The translations under genes were made by a program, and so were the position numbers. This document shows, in pieces, positions 61,970 to 64,000 of a stretch of DNA of 64,000 bases (within the stretch, counting starts at the first letter, position 1; every line of letters begins with the position of its first letter). The DNA lies in the NCBI GenBank assembly GCA_965261005.1, contig OZ253376.1, positions 224,001-288,000 on the forward strand, in the 5' to 3' direction. The DNA comes from Deinococcus sp. (GTDB lineage Bacteria > Deinococcota > Deinococci > Deinococcales > Deinococcaceae). Below the pieces are notes generated by a model. The model was not told the DNA's origin. It saw only the letters and a list, made by a program, of their open reading frames with translations, and searched no databases.

Positions 61970-63268
61970 ATGGCGCGCGTCAAGATCGCCTACGTCGGGG
62001 GCGGCTCGTCGCGCGCCCCCGGCACGGTCGCCTCCTTTATCCGGCAGTGGGAGAACTTCGCCGGCTCGGAGATTGTCCTGCTCGACCTCGATTCGGAACG
62101 GCTCGACCTCGTGCGCGACCTCGCGCGGAGGATGATCGCGGCCCAGGGGGTGGACCTGACCATCACGGCCACCCTCAGCCGGGAGGAGGCCCTGACCGGC
62201 TGCGACGCGGTGCTGTCGAGCTACCGGCCCGGCGGCTTCGCGGCCCGCGCCCTCGACGAGAGCATTCCCCTCAGACATGGGGTGATCGGGCAGGAGACCC
62301 AGGGGCCGGGCGGCTTTTTCATGGCGCTGCGCGCGGTTCACGTCGCGCGGGGCTTGGTGGCGGACATGGAGCGGCTGTGCCCGGGGGCCACCCTCTTCAA
62401 CTACACCAACCCGGTGAACATCGTCGCGCAGGCGGTCGCCGACCACTCGCCCGTCAAGGTGGTCTCGCTGTGCGAGGGTCCCATCGTATTTCCGCGCGAG
62501 CTGGCCGAGTTCGCCGGCCTCGACCCGGGCAAGGTCCGCGCGACCATGGTCGGCCTCAACCACGCCTGCTGGAGCGTGGGCGCCGAGGGACATGGCGCCG
62601 AGTACGACGGGCAGCCGATGATTCCCTTGCTGGCGGGGGCGCTGGAGGGCGTTCAGGATCCCTGGGCGCGGCGTCTGCTGCACCTGGCCGTCAGCATGAA
62701 CAGCCTGCCCGCCTCGTACATGAAGTACTACTATTACCGCGAAGAGATGCTGGCGGAGTTGCGCGCCAAGCCCACCACCCGCGCGCAAGACATCTCGGCC
62801 GCGTTGCCCGACTACTGGGCGCACTACCGCGAGCAGCTGGACAACCCCGACCCGACCCTCGACCCGGACCGTTCGCGCGGCGGCATCTTCGAGCTGGAGG
62901 TGGCGGTGGACGTGATGGACGCCGCCTTCAACGACAAGAACGAAATCTGGCCGGCCAACGTGGTGAACGCCGGGGCCATCTCGGACTTTCCGGCCGGCCG
63001 GGTGGTGGAAGTGCCCTGCCTGGTGAACGCCCAGGGCGCGCGTCCCCTGGGCGGCTACCGGGTGCCGCAGGCCGTGCGCGGCCTCGTGCTGGCCCTGGGC
63101 GAGTACCAGCAGCTCGCGGCGGACGCGGCCTGGGACGGCGGCCGTAAGCAGGCGATTCAGGCGTTGGCCAGCAATCCCCTGATCCCCACCTTGCCCCTCG
63201 CGGAAACCCTCTACGACGAGTTGGCCCGCGCCCACCGCGCCCACCTGCCGGAGCGGCTGTGGTCGTAG
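61970..63268 (+). CDS. GH4 glycoside hydrolase (NAD-dependent, 6-phospho-beta-glucosidase-like)
   Basis: KIAYVGGGS, GQETQGPGG, NYTNP and GLNH. Confidence 0.92.
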   Translation: MARVKIAYVGGGSSRAPGTVASFIRQWENFAGSEIVLLDLDSERLDLVRDLARRMIAAQGVDLTITATLSREEALTGCDAVLSSYRPGGFAARALDESIPLRHGVIGQETQGPGGFFMALRAVHVARGLVADMERLCPGATLFNYTNPVNIVAQAVADHSPVKVVSLCEGPIVFPRELAEFAGLDPGKVRATMVGLNHACWSVGAEGHGAEYDGQPMIPLLAGALEGVQDPWARRLLHLAVSMNSLPASYMKYYYYREEMLAELRAKPTTRAQDISAALPDYWAHYREQLDNPDPTLDPDRSRGGIFELEVAVDVMDAAFNDKNEIWPANVVNAGAISDFPAGRVVEVPCLVNAQGARPLGGYRVPQAVRGLVLALGEYQQLAADAAWDGGRKQAIQALASNPLIPTLPLAETLYDELARAHRAHLPERLWS

Positions 63269-63948
63269 AAGTCTTGCCAAGCCCGGAAGCGCTGGCCGCA
63301 CGCGCCGCCGACCTGATCGCGGCCGAGGTGCGCCGCAAGCCCGACCTGAGCATTTTGGTGGCAACCGGCAACACGCCGATGCCGACCTACGCGGAGCTGG
63401 CGCGGCGCGCTCAATCGGGCGAACTCGACTGCTCGCGCGCCACTGCCGTGCAGCTCGACGAGTACCTGGGCCTGGAGGAGGGCGACCCCAGGGCGCTCTT
63501 CAGCTGGATGCACAAATCTTTCGTGGAGCCGCTGGGCATCACGAAGGTCCTGCGGCTGAAGGAGCCGGCCACCTTCGAGACGCGCCTGAAAGAACTCGGC
63601 GGCCTCGACCTCGCCCTTCTGGGCCTGGGGCCGAACGGGCACCTCGGCTTCAACGAGCCGCCCAGCCCCCCGGACGCGCCCACCCGCGAGGTCACGCTCA
63701 CGCCCGCGAGCCTGACGAGCAACGCCGGGTACTGGGACGGCCTGGGCGTGCCGGCGCGCGCCGTCACGGCGGGCATGGACGTCATTCTGACGGCGAGGCG
63801 CTGCCTGCTGCTGGTGAGCGGCGCGCACAAGCGGGGCATTCTGGCGAGAACGTTGAACGGCCCCACAACGCCCGAAGTGCCCGCCTCCTCCCTGCGCGGC
63901 GGGGGCGTGACCGTGCTGGCCGACGCGGCGGCGGGGGCGGACCTTTGA
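63259..63948 (+). CDS. nagB: Glucosamine-6-phosphate deaminase (NagB-like)
   Basis: ATGNTP, QLDEY and GLGPNGHLGFNEP. Confidence 0.8.
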   Translation: MVVEVLPSPEALAARAADLIAAEVRRKPDLSILVATGNTPMPTYAELARRAQSGELDCSRATAVQLDEYLGLEEGDPRALFSWMHKSFVEPLGITKVLRLKEPATFETRLKELGGLDLALLGLGPNGHLGFNEPPSPPDAPTREVTLTPASLTSNAGYWDGLGVPARAVTAGMDVILTARRCLLLVSGAHKRGILARTLNGPTTPEVPASSLRGGGVTVLADAAAGADL

Positions 63949-64000
63949 GCGCGCCCCTTCCGAACGGCTTGGTTCTCGGGATTGATGCGGGCAACACCAA

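Overview
High-GC bacterial DNA, most likely a Deinococcus chromid or megaplasmid. This is inferred from many leaderless TANNNT-N6-ATG/GTG promoters, IS4-type elements and ATACGGATTCCG-type small repeats. Positions 1-12 kb are a decayed accessory zone with four DDE insertion sequences, pseudogenes and a TPR-wHTH-BTAD regulator. That regulator shares one bidirectional leaderless promoter with a tiny secreted peptide gene carrying repeated FGxM motifs, a candidate peptide-signalling cassette. Positions 11.7-26.5 kb hold a type I (I-A/I-B-like, DevR-type Cas7) CRISPR-Cas locus. On the minus strand are cas3 (helicase with C-terminal HD), cas8, cas7, cas5, cas1, cas2, cas4 and an IS-truncated array. 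On the plus strand are a RelE-like/SF1-helicase/ankyrin gene, cas6, a WYL regulator and a 13-repeat array that contains a 338-bp toxin-antitoxin-like fragment. Positions 26.5-64 kb are metabolic: acyltransferase and esterase, a PaoABC/XdhC/MocA-like molybdoenzyme, a sugar-acid catabolic cluster with ABC importer, and a large amino-sugar/oligosaccharide utilisation region (nagA, SIS deaminase, GH125, GH1, GH4, NagB-like, two ABC systems). All family assignments come from motif recognition by eye, not from database searches.
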